NCBI GenBank assembly: GCA_963550455.1
Contig: CAUVBZ010000001.1
Coordinates: forward strand, 1-47,348
Length of the DNA stretch: 47,348 nt
Source: an uncultured Erysipelotrichaceae bacterium
GTDB taxonomy: Bacteria; Bacillota_I; Bacilli_A; Erysipelotrichales; Erysipelotrichaceae
Reading direction: 5' to 3'
Below the pieces are notes generated by a model, which ran no database searches, was not told the DNA's origin, and saw only the letters and a list, made by a program, of their open reading frames with translations. Positions 34,404 through 43,770 of the stretch are shown in pieces. Position numbers and translations under genes: made by a program. How positions within the stretch are numbered: position 1 is the first letter of the stretch; each line of letters starts with the position of its first letter.

Positions 34404-35453
34404 TTACAAATTGAAAGTTCCTCTTCCCTTTCCCGCAAGGTGTCGATAAAGAATATTGACATGTTTCAATTTTGCAAGTAGCAGGGTTAAATTCCCTCCC
34501 GCCGCCAGCAAAGCGCCCATTAGAAACAGGGTCATGGAACGATTGGAGGCGAGCAGGAAAGCGGCGCCGACGATCAGCCAGAGCGCCGCGATGAACATGT
34601 CCCGCTTTCGGAAGTGAAACGAAGCGAAGTTGTAGGCGCTGTCGGTATAAAGGGCGATAAAAAACAGAACTGTCGCCACGATCATCAAGGTGGCCGTAAA
34701 GTGACGCGAGCTGGCCGGATTTTCCAGAAGCTTGAAAGCCACCGTGATCAGGTTGACGGCGATGACGATGAAATAGTGGCTGAACATCAACCGCAGGCCG
34801 CGTTCCACGCGATGATGGTCGCAAAGATAATGAATCTGTGTCACGTAACAGCCGAACAGGGCGAGGAGGGTGGCGAAGATCAAAACAGGGCGCACGGAAA
34901 AGTTCCGCACGTCGAAGAAATCCGTCATACCGACGACGGCCTCGCCGAAAGTGATGATGGTGATCAGTTCGAAGCGCTCCATCAGGTGGGGAAAGCTGAT
35001 GATGTGAACGTCGAAATTTCCGCGAATGAAGAACGGCAAAAAGGCGCCGGTCAACACGGCCGCCACATCCAGTCCGATCACACTTGTACCTGCCGTCATA
35101 GCGGAATCCGCAAACGCGGCGAGATAAAGCAGGCAGACGACGGTCAGAATAAGCAGTGAATTTTTGGCCGCGCCGGTATCTTGTTCGCGGCGTTGAATCT
35201 GAATGAAATACATCGCCCCTACGCACAGTAACATGACGAGCATCGCCAGATTGAAGGTTGAAGACATCGTGTCCCAATAGGGAGAAATGGTGTTGGCCAT
35301 GTATACGGCCGCAAACATATTCACCGCCGTCAAGGCATATTCATACCACCTCCAGCCGCCGTAGCGGTTGACATAGTTGGTTAAATACAGCCATGCCTGC
35401 AGAACGACAAAGCAGGCGACCAGATAATGGAAGAAGCCGGACGGCGGAATGAT
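34404..35453 (-). pseudogene. ltrA: Low temperature requirement protein A (LtrA family), 5'-truncated at the IS200 left end
   Basis: HLMERFELITIITFGEAVV LtrA motif. Frame stays open upstream (IIPPSGFFHY...LQAWLYLTNYVNRYG) up to 35453, where the IS begins; the N-terminal ELFxDL motif is missing. Confidence 0.8.
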
Positions 35454-36134
35454 TGTAAACCAAAACTCCCGGATAGTCCGGGAGTTCAGAGAAGGTTAAC
35501 CGATAAGTCTCTGAAGTATTTCTCTATAATGAATTTGCGGTCCGCTAACTGCAAAACATTAAGGAGAGAATATGACAGAGACACATACATTATCGCATAC
35601 AACGTGGAATTGTAAGTACCACATTGTGTTTGCCTCGAAGTATAGAAGGAAGATATTCTATGGAGAAAAAAAGGTGGAGATAGGAGCGATTCTGAGGCAG
35701 TTATGCAAATGGAAGGGAGTAAATATACTGGAAGCAGAAGTGTGCCATGACCATGTGCATATGCTAGTCGAGATTCCACCGAAGTACAGTGTATCTCAGT
35801 TCATGGGATATCTGAAAGGGAAGAGCAGTCTGATGATATATGAGAAGTGGGGGAACATGAAATATAAGTATCGGAATCGAGAATTCTGGTGCCGGGGCTA
35901 TTATGTGGACACGGCAGGAAAAAATACGAAGAAGATACAGGAGTATATAGCGCATCAAATGGATGAGGATAAAGCCGCGGACCTGTTGACGCTGGATTTA
36001 GGGGACCCGTTTAACGGGAAAAAGTAAGAGTTTGCGAGTGGCGGATCGTACATGCGCCTCAGGGCGCGGCCAGTAATATGAGGGCTAAAGGCCCGTATTG
36101 TGAAAAACCACCAGCTAAGCTGGTGGATACTTAT
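35454..36134 (+). mobile_element. IS200/IS605-family insertion sequence, tnpA-only (ends approximate)
   Basis: Left hairpin AACTCCCGGA-TAG-TCCGGGAGTT (35464-35486), right hairpin CCACCAGCT-A-AGCTGGTGG (36108-36126), lower GC than flanks. Confidence 0.88.
35572..36027 (+). CDS. tnpA: IS200 Y1 HUH transposase
   Basis: CKYHIVF..KYRRK, DHVHML (HUH), GYLKGKSS, FWCRGYYVDT, IQEYI (catalytic Tyr). Confidence 0.96.
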   Translation: MTETHTLSHTTWNCKYHIVFASKYRRKIFYGEKKVEIGAILRQLCKWKGVNILEAEVCHDHVHMLVEIPPKYSVSQFMGYLKGKSSLMIYEKWGNMKYKYRNREFWCRGYYVDTAGKNTKKIQEYIAHQMDEDKAADLLTLDLGDPFNGKK

Positions 36135-36305
36135 TATTGTAATAAAGAGCATTTTGTGCAGCCTGTGGGAACATTGATGGAGCTCCAGCTATACCACCTG
36201 CGACAGCCCCAAGGATCGGGTTTGCAAGATGATTATTCCGACGCTTGAGAGCCATTGAATCCGATATACAGAGCCACACGATCCGCGTGGCGGAGCCATT
36301 CGGAT

Positions 36306-36527
36306 TCACCCCACATTCCAGCGATCATATTCCCGCGTATACAAGGCCAGAAAAATTTCTTCCTTGATCTTGAAGTAGTTGTAGATCGTCGGTCGCGAAA
36401 AAGAGGTGCTGTTTTCGATTTCTTTCAGGGTGATTTCTTTAAAACTCATCGTTCGATACAGCCGTTGGCAGGCGTTGATAATTTCCTCGCGTCTTTGCGC
36501 GACCAATACGGGCGATCCCTTTGTCAT
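36306..36527 (-). pseudogene. TetR/AcrR regulator truncated after the HTH domain (73 aa)
   Basis: RREEIINAC...ITLKEI...SRPTIYNYFKIKEEIF; AGGAGG RBS; ligand-binding domain absent. Confidence 0.8.
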
Positions 36528-36535
36528 GTGTCCTC

Positions 36536-36584
36536 CTGACGCCGCGTCAGCAATGTCATTGTGCGTTTTGCTGACACGATGTCA
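36536..36584. promoter_or_regulatory. Two TGAC-N5-GTCA palindromes, probable TetR operators
   Basis: CTGACGC-C-GCGTCAG (36536-36550) and TGACA-CGA-TGTCA (36572-36584) just upstream of the tetR remnant. Confidence 0.55.
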
Positions 36585-36688
36585 ATACAGAGATGACTTT
36601 TTATCGCCAGGCAGCGCGCGAAGGGTCATCAATGCAGATTTAGCCGATGCCTTTTTCTGCGCCGGGAAATGAGCGTTATAATAAACAC

Positions 36689-37216
36689 ATGACCAAGACG
36701 TATATCCGTTCCTTTACGGCCATGAAGTATTTTGTGCTTCTGCCGGTCGTCACCGGCATTTCCTTTATTTTTCTGATGCTCTTTTTCAAGACGCGTGCAT
36801 CGTTGTTCCGCCTGCTTGCGCTGGCCGCGATCGCCTGCCTATTTGTCATCCTGATCGCTTATCGACTGGACAGATGGTATGCGGCGCGCTGTCTTTCGCG
36901 TTTGCAGGACTGGCGTGCATACGAAGACAGTATGGTGATCGGTCAGGCTTTTGTGTTGGCGGAACGCATGCTTGTCTACGATCGGCGCGTACAGGAAATA
37001 CACTATGCCGATTTAAAAACCGTCGCCGCGCGTATCGGGAAAAAACGTACGGTTCTGGTTTTTAACGATCGTGTGAAAAACGCATGCCGTTCGCTTGCGC
37101 AGGCGCAGCGCTTCGCCGCGTTTCTTCAGGCGCAGAATCCGACGATCCGCTTTTCGGGAATCGAGCCGAAGGGCGACGGCCTGCGGGAACACATAGCGGA
37201 AGGAGACGGCCTATGA
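36689..37216 (+). CDS. Hypothetical membrane protein (2 TM plus soluble C-terminal domain)
   Basis: Two N-terminal hydrophobic helices; ATGA overlap with mnmE; TATAAT 6 nt before the ATG. Confidence 0.7.
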   Translation: MTKTYIRSFTAMKYFVLLPVVTGISFIFLMLFFKTRASLFRLLALAAIACLFVILIAYRLDRWYAARCLSRLQDWRAYEDSMVIGQAFVLAERMLVYDRRVQEIHYADLKTVAARIGKKRTVLVFNDRVKNACRSLAQAQRFAAFLQAQNPTIRFSGIEPKGDGLREHIAEGDGL

Positions 37217-38538
37217 TGACGGATACGATCGCCGCGCTCGCCACGGCGTCCATGCCGGGAGCCATCGCGGTTCTGCGCGTTTCCGGGCCCGCGGCGTTTT
37301 CGATCGTACAGGCGGTCGCTTCCGTCGATCTGACGGATGCCGAAGGCTATACGATTCATCACGGGTATATCATGGAGGACAACCGGGCGGTTGACGAGGT
37401 GCTGTTTTCCGTCTTCCGCGCGCCGCACAGCTACACGGGCGAAGACAGCATTGAAATCAGCTGCCACGGCGGGGTGTATATCGCCCGCAAGATTTTATCC
37501 CTGTTGTTCGGGGCGGGAGCGCGGCCGGCTCTGCGGGGAGAATTTACCCGTCGCGCCTTTCTCAACGGCAAGATCGATCTTGCGCAGGCCGAAAGTGTGA
37601 ACGATCTGATTCAGGCAAGAGATGAAGTCAACGCCGAAAGCGCCATCCGGGCCCTGCGCGGATCCGTCGAACGACTGCTGACACCGTTTATGGAAGAACT
37701 GACACAGATCATCGCGCAGATTGAAGTGAACATCGATTATCCCGAATACGACGATGTCCATCAGCTCGTGCAGGAAGAGTTACTGCCGAAAGTGAAAGCG
37801 TGGAACGGCCGGCTCGAGACGATCGTTCAAGCGGCGCAAAAGGCGGTGCTTGTCCGCCGGGGTATTGACACCGTCATCATCGGCCGCCCCAACGTAGGCA
37901 AATCTTCGCTGCTCAACGCCCTGCTGGAAGAAGACAAAGCCATCGTAACAGACATCGCCGGTACGACGCGCGACCTGGTCGAGGGCGATGTGCGGGTCGG
38001 CGACCTGACGCTCCATCTGATCGATACGGCCGGAATCCACACCGCCGAAAATCCGGTGGAGGCGATCGGCATTGAAAAGTCACGGATGGTTTTGAAGAAG
38101 GCGCAGCTTGTTCTGCTGGTGGTGGACGGCAGTCAGCCTTTGACGAAAGAGGATGAACTTTTGCTGGACGAAACAAAAGACTGCAATCGGATTGTCGTAT
38201 ACAATAAGCGTGATTTGAAAGAAACGGGAGCGGCGGTTTCGATTTCCGCCGCCCAGGGTGATATCGCCGCCCTGGAGGAAGCGATTGTGGAAAAATATGC
38301 CGACGGTCTGCTTTCCGCGCAAAGCGACACCTTCAACAATGAGCGGCAGATCGCGTTGGCGCTGCAGGCCATGCATGCAATGCGGCAGGTTCAGGAAAGT
38401 CTTGAAGAGGGCGCAAGTGTCGATCTGGTCACGATGGATCTGCAGGACGCCTGGGAAGCGCTGAAACAGATTACGGGCGAAGCGGGGCGAGAAGACCTGC
38501 TGGATGAAATTTTTTCACGCTTCTGTTTAGGAAAGTAG
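37213..38538 (+). CDS. mnmE: tRNA modification GTPase MnmE (TrmE)
   Basis: DTIAALAT, EISCHGG, GRPNVGKSS, DTAG, NKRD, C-terminal FCLGK. Confidence 0.97.
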   Translation: MMTDTIAALATASMPGAIAVLRVSGPAAFSIVQAVASVDLTDAEGYTIHHGYIMEDNRAVDEVLFSVFRAPHSYTGEDSIEISCHGGVYIARKILSLLFGAGARPALRGEFTRRAFLNGKIDLAQAESVNDLIQARDEVNAESAIRALRGSVERLLTPFMEELTQIIAQIEVNIDYPEYDDVHQLVQEELLPKVKAWNGRLETIVQAAQKAVLVRRGIDTVIIGRPNVGKSSLLNALLEEDKAIVTDIAGTTRDLVEGDVRVGDLTLHLIDTAGIHTAENPVEAIGIEKSRMVLKKAQLVLLVVDGSQPLTKEDELLLDETKDCNRIVVYNKRDLKETGAAVSISAAQGDIAALEEAIVEKYADGLLSAQSDTFNNERQIALALQAMHAMRQVQESLEEGASVDLVTMDLQDAWEALKQITGEAGREDLLDEIFSRFCLGK

Positions 38539-38545
38539 GATACGG

Positions 38546-39319
38546 ATGAACTTTTTGGATTCCCATGCCCACCTGATGGGCGAAGAATTTGCGGCCGATC
38601 TGGATGCAGTTTTAGAAAGAGCCGAAAAGGCGCAGGTCACCCGGATCATGATCATCACGCTGTCGCAGGCGGAGGCCGAGCGGGCGCTTGCCTTTGTGGA
38701 TGCTCATCCGCAGGCGGGCTTTTCGGTTTCGACCGGCATTTTTGTCGATGAGGCGGGCACGTACACGGAAGACGACTGGAACCGCTTTGAACGCCTGGCC
38801 AAAGACCCGCGCATTTCCTGCGTCGGCGAAATCGGCCTGGACTATCATTGGGAAAAAGACGCGGCAGTACATCAGCGGCAGAAGGAACTGTTTATACGAC
38901 AGATCGAATTGGCCAAAGCGCTCAAAAAGCCGATCGCCGTCCACAGCCGAGACGCGATGCAGGATACCTATGACATTTTAAAAGCCCATCGTGCACGCGG
39001 TCTTTTGCACTGTTTTTCCGGTTCGAAAGAGATGGCGCTGGAATTTACGAAGCTTGGCTATTATATCGCGCTGGGCGGAGCGGTGACCTTTAAAAACAGC
39101 CGGCACAGTCGGGAGGTGGCGACGGCTATCGACGGGCGCTATCTGCTTTCAGAGACGGACAGCCCGTACATGGCGCCCGAACCGGTGCGGGGGACGCGCA
39201 ACGAGCCGGCCAATATTCCATATATCGTAGCCGCGCTGGCCGCTTTGCGCTCGGTTTCGACGGCGGAAATGGCGGCCTTGATTCAGGACAACTGGGCGCG
39301 CTTTCTGGAGCGGCAATGA
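38546..39319 (+). CDS. tatD: TatD family nuclease
   Basis: DSHAHL, GEIGLDY, HSRDA, HCFSG, ETDSPY. Confidence 0.94.
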   Translation: MNFLDSHAHLMGEEFAADLDAVLERAEKAQVTRIMIITLSQAEAERALAFVDAHPQAGFSVSTGIFVDEAGTYTEDDWNRFERLAKDPRISCVGEIGLDYHWEKDAAVHQRQKELFIRQIELAKALKKPIAVHSRDAMQDTYDILKAHRARGLLHCFSGSKEMALEFTKLGYYIALGGAVTFKNSRHSREVATAIDGRYLLSETDSPYMAPEPVRGTRNEPANIPYIVAALAALRSVSTAEMAALIQDNWARFLERQ

Positions 39320-39867
39320 AGACGCGCATTCAACAGGTTCTGGTGGTGGAGGGACATCACGATACGGCCGCATTAAAGAAATATTACGATTGCGATACGA
39401 TTGAAACCGGCGGCTCGCATCTTGGCGGGGAAGTTCTGGACTTGATCCGACGGGTTCAGAAAGCGCGCGGTGTCATCGTATTCACCGATCCCGATGCGCC
39501 GGGCAATCGCATCCGGAATCAGATCAATCAGGCGGTGCCGGGCTGTCTGAACGCCTTTGTTGAAAAGAAGAAAGCGCGAACCGCCCGTAAAGTCGGCGTG
39601 GAACATGCGTCCAAAGAGGTGCTGGACGAAGCGCTGGGCGCTTTGGTCTGCTTCGAGGAACATCCGGCCGGCGAACTGTCGGACAGCGATCTGTATACGC
39701 TGGGCATTGCGGGACGGGCGTTCAGCGCCCGCCTTAGAGAATGGCTGGGCGGCCGTTATCACATCGGCATGGGAACGGCCAGGGCGATGAAGCATCGCTT
39801 GAATTGTCTTGGCGTGACGAAAGAGGAACTGACAAAGGAGGTTGAGCGGTGGGAGCGGACAAAATGA
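39316..39867 (+). CDS. rnmV: Ribonuclease M5
   Basis: VVEG..DT, FTDPDAPG TOPRIM, VGVEHAS; tatD-rnmV-ksgA synteny. Confidence 0.93.
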   Translation: MKTRIQQVLVVEGHHDTAALKKYYDCDTIETGGSHLGGEVLDLIRRVQKARGVIVFTDPDAPGNRIRNQINQAVPGCLNAFVEKKKARTARKVGVEHASKEVLDEALGALVCFEEHPAGELSDSDLYTLGIAGRAFSARLREWLGGRYHIGMGTARAMKHRLNCLGVTKEELTKEVERWERTK

Positions 39868-40706
39868 TTGCGACGCCGTCGCGTACCAAGGAAATATTGG
39901 CGCAGTTTGATCTGCGGGCCAAGAAAGGACTGGGACAGAATTTTCTGGTTGACCCGATGCTCGTACGCCGTTATGTCCAGGAAGCGCAATGCGAAGGCGC
40001 CGTGATCGAAGTGGGGCCGGGGCTGGGCGCCTTGACGGAAGTGCTGGCGCTTTCCGCCCGGCACGTGACCTGCTATGAAGTGGACCCGGATATGGTGCGG
40101 GTTCTTTCTTCCACGCTGGCGGCCTATGCCAATGTGGAAATCATCCTGCAGGATTTTCTGACCGCCGACTTAAGCGCAAAAGTTGAAGAGCTGCGTGAAA
40201 AATACGGAAAGGTGAGTGTGTGCGCCAATCTGCCGTACTACATTACAACTCCGGTTCTCTTTAAATTATTTGAACAGCCTTTGATTGCATGCATGACGGT
40301 CATGGTGCAGAAAGAAGTTGCCGACCGTTTTGCGGCTTCGCCGGGGGAAGCGGAATACGGCGCTTTGACGGTCGAGGGGCAGTATCTCTATAATATCCGC
40401 AAGCTCTTTACGGTGCCGGGGCGCAGTTTCAATCCGTCGCCGGCCGTCGATTCCGTCATTGTACAATTTGTCCGGAAAGCGCAAACGCCCGCGGTGGATA
40501 CGGCGGCTTTCTTCGCTTTCGTGCGCGGCTGTTTCGGACAAAGGCGCAAGACGATTTTGAACAATCTGAAAAACGGACTCGGTCTGCGCAGTGACGAGGC
40601 GCTTTCGGCTTTGCAAAAAGCGGGTATCGCGGAAAGCGCTCGGCCGCAGGCGTTGGATGAAACGTCGCTGCTGGCGCTCTTCAGGGCGGTAAAGGGGTGT
40701 ATATGA
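39864..40706 (+). CDS. rsmA: 16S rRNA dimethyladenosine transferase RsmA/KsgA
   Basis: KKGLGQNFL, EVGPGLG, ANLPYYIT. Confidence 0.96.
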   Translation: MIATPSRTKEILAQFDLRAKKGLGQNFLVDPMLVRRYVQEAQCEGAVIEVGPGLGALTEVLALSARHVTCYEVDPDMVRVLSSTLAAYANVEIILQDFLTADLSAKVEELREKYGKVSVCANLPYYITTPVLFKLFEQPLIACMTVMVQKEVADRFAASPGEAEYGALTVEGQYLYNIRKLFTVPGRSFNPSPAVDSVIVQFVRKAQTPAVDTAAFFAFVRGCFGQRRKTILNNLKNGLGLRSDEALSALQKAGIAESARPQALDETSLLALFRAVKGCI

Positions 40707-41545
40707 AAGAGCGAGCTTATGCAAAGATCAACTTATGTCTGGACGTCCTGTCGCCGCGGCCGGATGGCTACCACGAGCTACGCATGATCATGGCGCCGAT
40801 CGATTTTTATGACGTTTTGGAAATTGTCCCCGACGATCATCTGTCGATGGCGCTGGATCGCGCCTATCTGCCGGTTGACGAAAAAAATACGGTTGTAAAG
40901 GCGATTCGCGCGATGCAAAGGCGTTACGGTATTCGGGGCGACTATGCATGCACGCTGCAAAAACACATTCCGACGCAGGCCGGTCTTGCCGGAGGCAGCG
41001 CCGATGCGGCGGCGGCGCTGCGTATCATCAATCGCCTGGAGAATCTGCATCTTTCCGACGCGGAATTGATCGCGACGGCGAAAGAAGTCGGTTCGGACGT
41101 GCCGTTTTGTGTGTTCAACAGGCCCTGTCTTGTGCAGGGAGCGGGAGAGATACTGGAGCCCTTTGTCTGTCGGCCGAATTTTTTTGTACTGCTGGTCAAA
41201 CCGCGCCGCGGTATTTCGACCCGGGCGGCATTCAGCGCTTTAGATCAGGAAACGTATATCCACCCGGACGTCGAGGGCATGCGCAGGGCGTTGATGACGC
41301 AGGACTTTTCCGGCGTCGTGTCGTGTCTGGGCAATTCGCTGGAGCAGGTGTCCATGCGGCTGGTGCCGGAGATACGGGAGGTGAAAGAACAGCTGGCGGA
41401 GTTCGGCTTTGAGGGGGTGCTGATGTCGGGAAGCGGTTCGACGGTCTTCGGCATCACGCAGTCGCGGCGCTTATTGACGACGGCCTGTGATCAGTTTCGG
41501 TATCGGAAGTATTTTACGCGGATGACGCGTATTCTGACCGTTTGA
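40703..41545 (+). CDS. ispE: 4-diphosphocytidyl-2-C-methyl-D-erythritol kinase
   Basis: AKINLCL, IPTQAGLAGGSADAAA, GSDVPF, MSGSGST. Confidence 0.95.
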   Translation: MKERAYAKINLCLDVLSPRPDGYHELRMIMAPIDFYDVLEIVPDDHLSMALDRAYLPVDEKNTVVKAIRAMQRRYGIRGDYACTLQKHIPTQAGLAGGSADAAAALRIINRLENLHLSDAELIATAKEVGSDVPFCVFNRPCLVQGAGEILEPFVCRPNFFVLLVKPRRGISTRAAFSALDQETYIHPDVEGMRRALMTQDFSGVVSCLGNSLEQVSMRLVPEIREVKEQLAEFGFEGVLMSGSGSTVFGITQSRRLLTTACDQFRYRKYFTRMTRILTV

Positions 41546-41574
41546 ACGTATAATACCGGAGGGGAGCGGAGACG

Positions 41575-42504
41575 ATGAAAAAGAATGCGATAGTGCTGGC
41601 GGCCGGCAAGGGGACGCGCATGTGTTCACAACAGCCCAAGGTTCTGCACAAAATATTGGAAGTACCGATGGCGGAGCTGATCGTGCATCGCCTGAAAGAA
41701 GCCGGGGCGGAAACGATCGTGACGATCACCGGGTATGGACATGAAGAAGTGGAAAAGGCGTTGCGGGGGCAGTGCGCATTTGCCTTGCAGCAGCCCCAGC
41801 TCGGCACGGGACATGCGGTGATGCAGGCTAAACAATTGGAACAGGAAGACGGCGCCACGATCGTCATCAACGGCGATGCGCCGGTGATTCAGACGGAAAC
41901 GTTGAAGGCTCTGTACGACGGTGTTTTGGACAGCGACATGGTGATCTTGACGACGATACCGGCTGATGCGGCAAGCTACGGCCGCGTTGTGCGCGATGAG
42001 CAGGGGCGGGTACTGAAGGTGGTGGAAGCCAAGGACGCCGCCAAGGAAGAAAAGGCGATTCGCGAGATCAATACGGGCATCTATGCTTTTCAAAACCGTG
42101 CGCTGTTTGCGGGGCTCAAAGAATTGACGAATGATAATGCGCAGCAAGAATATTACATCACCGATTTGGTGGAGATTTTTCGCCGAAAAGGGCTACAGGT
42201 CAAGGCGGTTGTCGCCGCTGACCCGGAGGAAGTGCAGGGGGTAAACGATCCCGTTGAGCTGGCCAGGGCGTCGCGCTGGCTGCGTATGAAGATCAACCGT
42301 GCATGGATGAAAGCGGGCGTGACGCTGGTGGATCCCGCCGCCGCCTATATCGGTCCGTATGTGAAAATCGGGCACGATGTCGTTATTCACCCCGGCGTGT
42401 CGATCTATGGGCGCACAATCGTCGGAAACAATGTTACAATTTTGCCGGGAACAATGCTTGTGGACGCGGAAGTCTTAGACGACTCCACGGTCGGCATGCG
42501 TTAA
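41575..42504 (+). CDS. glmU: GlmU-like UDP-GlcNAc pyrophosphorylase, short form (309 aa)
   Basis: LAAGKGTRM..PKVLH, QLGTGHAV, EINTGIY, EYYITD, GVND; only about three hexapeptide coils before the stop. Confidence 0.88.
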   Translation: MKKNAIVLAAGKGTRMCSQQPKVLHKILEVPMAELIVHRLKEAGAETIVTITGYGHEEVEKALRGQCAFALQQPQLGTGHAVMQAKQLEQEDGATIVINGDAPVIQTETLKALYDGVLDSDMVILTTIPADAASYGRVVRDEQGRVLKVVEAKDAAKEEKAIREINTGIYAFQNRALFAGLKELTNDNAQQEYYITDLVEIFRRKGLQVKAVVAADPEEVQGVNDPVELARASRWLRMKINRAWMKAGVTLVDPAAAYIGPYVKIGHDVVIHPGVSIYGRTIVGNNVTILPGTMLVDAEVLDDSTVGMR

Positions 42505-42527
42505 CGGAGGGGGGAGAAGAAACAGAC

Positions 42528-43523
42528 ATGGTTAAGGAAACAGTGCTTTTCGCGCTTACCAGTTCCACCGATCTTGCGGCGAAGATCGCCAAGAATCTGG
42601 GCTTGACATTGGGCCGCATCAAGGTCGATCATTTCGCGGACGGTGAAATCATGGTGACGCCGCAGGAAACGGTTCGCGGCCGCTCGGTATTCATCATTCA
42701 AAGTACCTGTCCGCCGGTAACCGAGCACTTGATGGAAGTCCTCGTATGCATCGACGCGCTTAAGAGAGCCAGCGCGGCGGAGATCAACGTCATCATGCCT
42801 TATTATGGGTATGCGCGACAGGATCGCAAAGCGGACGCGCATCAGCCGATCACGGCGAAGCTGGTCGCCAATCTTCTGCAGGTGGCGGGGGCGCACCGCG
42901 TCGTTACCGTCGATCTGCACGCGGCGCAGATTCAGGGCTACTTTGATATTCCGATCGATGATCTGACGGCGGTGCCGATATTGGGCCGCTATATGCTGGA
43001 TAAAAATATTCCATGTGAAGAACTGGTTGTTGTTTCTCCGGATCATGGCGGCGTCGTGCGGGCGCGCCGTCTGGCCACGATTATGAAAAACGCGCCGATC
43101 GCCATCATTGATAAGCGGCGGCCGCGTCCGAATGAAGTCGAGGCGCAGAATGTCATCGGCGACGTGCAGGGCAAGATCTGCGTCATTGTCGACGATATAT
43201 GTGATACGGCCGGATCGCTGTGTGCGGCGGCGAAGATTCTCAAAGACCATGGAGCGCGGGACATTTATGTCGGCATTACGCACGGCGTCTTCTCGCGGGA
43301 CGCGCTGGAAAAAATCGAGGCCTCGCCGATCAAGGAGGTCGTCATCTCCGATACGATTCCGCTGGACGTTGAGCAAAGAAAGCGTACAACCAAGGTCACG
43401 TGTCTGACGATGGCGGATGTTCTTTCGGAGACGATCGACGCGATTCAGAACCATACGTCCGTATCGCGTGTCTACGATCGATACAATGAACATGAGCCTT
43501 CTTCCGGGCAGGACGACGCATAG
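42528..43523 (+). CDS. prs: Ribose-phosphate pyrophosphokinase
   Basis: FADGEI, YYGYARQDRK, DLHAAQIQG, VSPDHGG, VDDICDTAGS. Confidence 0.97.
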   Translation: MVKETVLFALTSSTDLAAKIAKNLGLTLGRIKVDHFADGEIMVTPQETVRGRSVFIIQSTCPPVTEHLMEVLVCIDALKRASAAEINVIMPYYGYARQDRKADAHQPITAKLVANLLQVAGAHRVVTVDLHAAQIQGYFDIPIDDLTAVPILGRYMLDKNIPCEELVVVSPDHGGVVRARRLATIMKNAPIAIIDKRRPRPNEVEAQNVIGDVQGKICVIVDDICDTAGSLCAAAKILKDHGARDIYVGITHGVFSRDALEKIEASPIKEVVISDTIPLDVEQRKRTTKVTCLTMADVLSETIDAIQNHTSVSRVYDRYNEHEPSSGQDDA

Positions 43524-43560
43524 GAAATTAAAATCCGGAAAGTAGCTTTTGATTTTTCCG

Positions 43561-43770
43561 GTATGACGGGTATGCCGCCGTCCGGTGGTGAAAGTCCACG
43601 AAGGGGAGCCGACGGATCCCATAGCGCTTTGCAAGGTTCGCGTCGCGCGATGCGGGCGAGAAGAAGCAAATGAGAGCGATCATTAAACAAAGCAAAAGGC
43701 AGGCGGTACGATAATCACCTGCATAGAACAAATCCCGAGAAAGCCCATTACGATCGCCTTTCTCGGGATT
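43561..43770 (+). ncRNA. Group IIC intron domain-I-like structured RNA lacking DV/DVI and an RT ORF
   Basis: GTATGACGGGTATG...GTC-CGGTGGTGAAAGTCCAC...TAGC...GCAAGG-stem-GAGAAGAAGC parallels, from memory, the IIC 5' pattern GTGYG..GGCATG..GTC..GGGTGAAAGTCCC..TAGC..GCAAGG-stem-TGAAGGAAGC. Follows a CCGGAAA/TTTCCGG hairpin and ends in a 13-bp perfect inverted repeat. Confidence 0.6.
43731..43770. terminator. 13-bp perfect inverted repeat between convergent units
   Basis: AATCCCGAGAAAG-N14-CTTTCTCGGGATT. Confidence 0.55.

Noticed and set aside
34366..35277. 303-aa Arg-rich minus-strand ORF
   Set aside because: Alternative frame of ltrA; composition typical of an off-frame GC-rich read.
43583..43602. 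GAAAGTCC suggested RNase P RNA
   Set aside because: Lacks GAGGAAAGTCC and the 3' AGAACxxGGCTTA pairing partner; the context fits group II domain I better.
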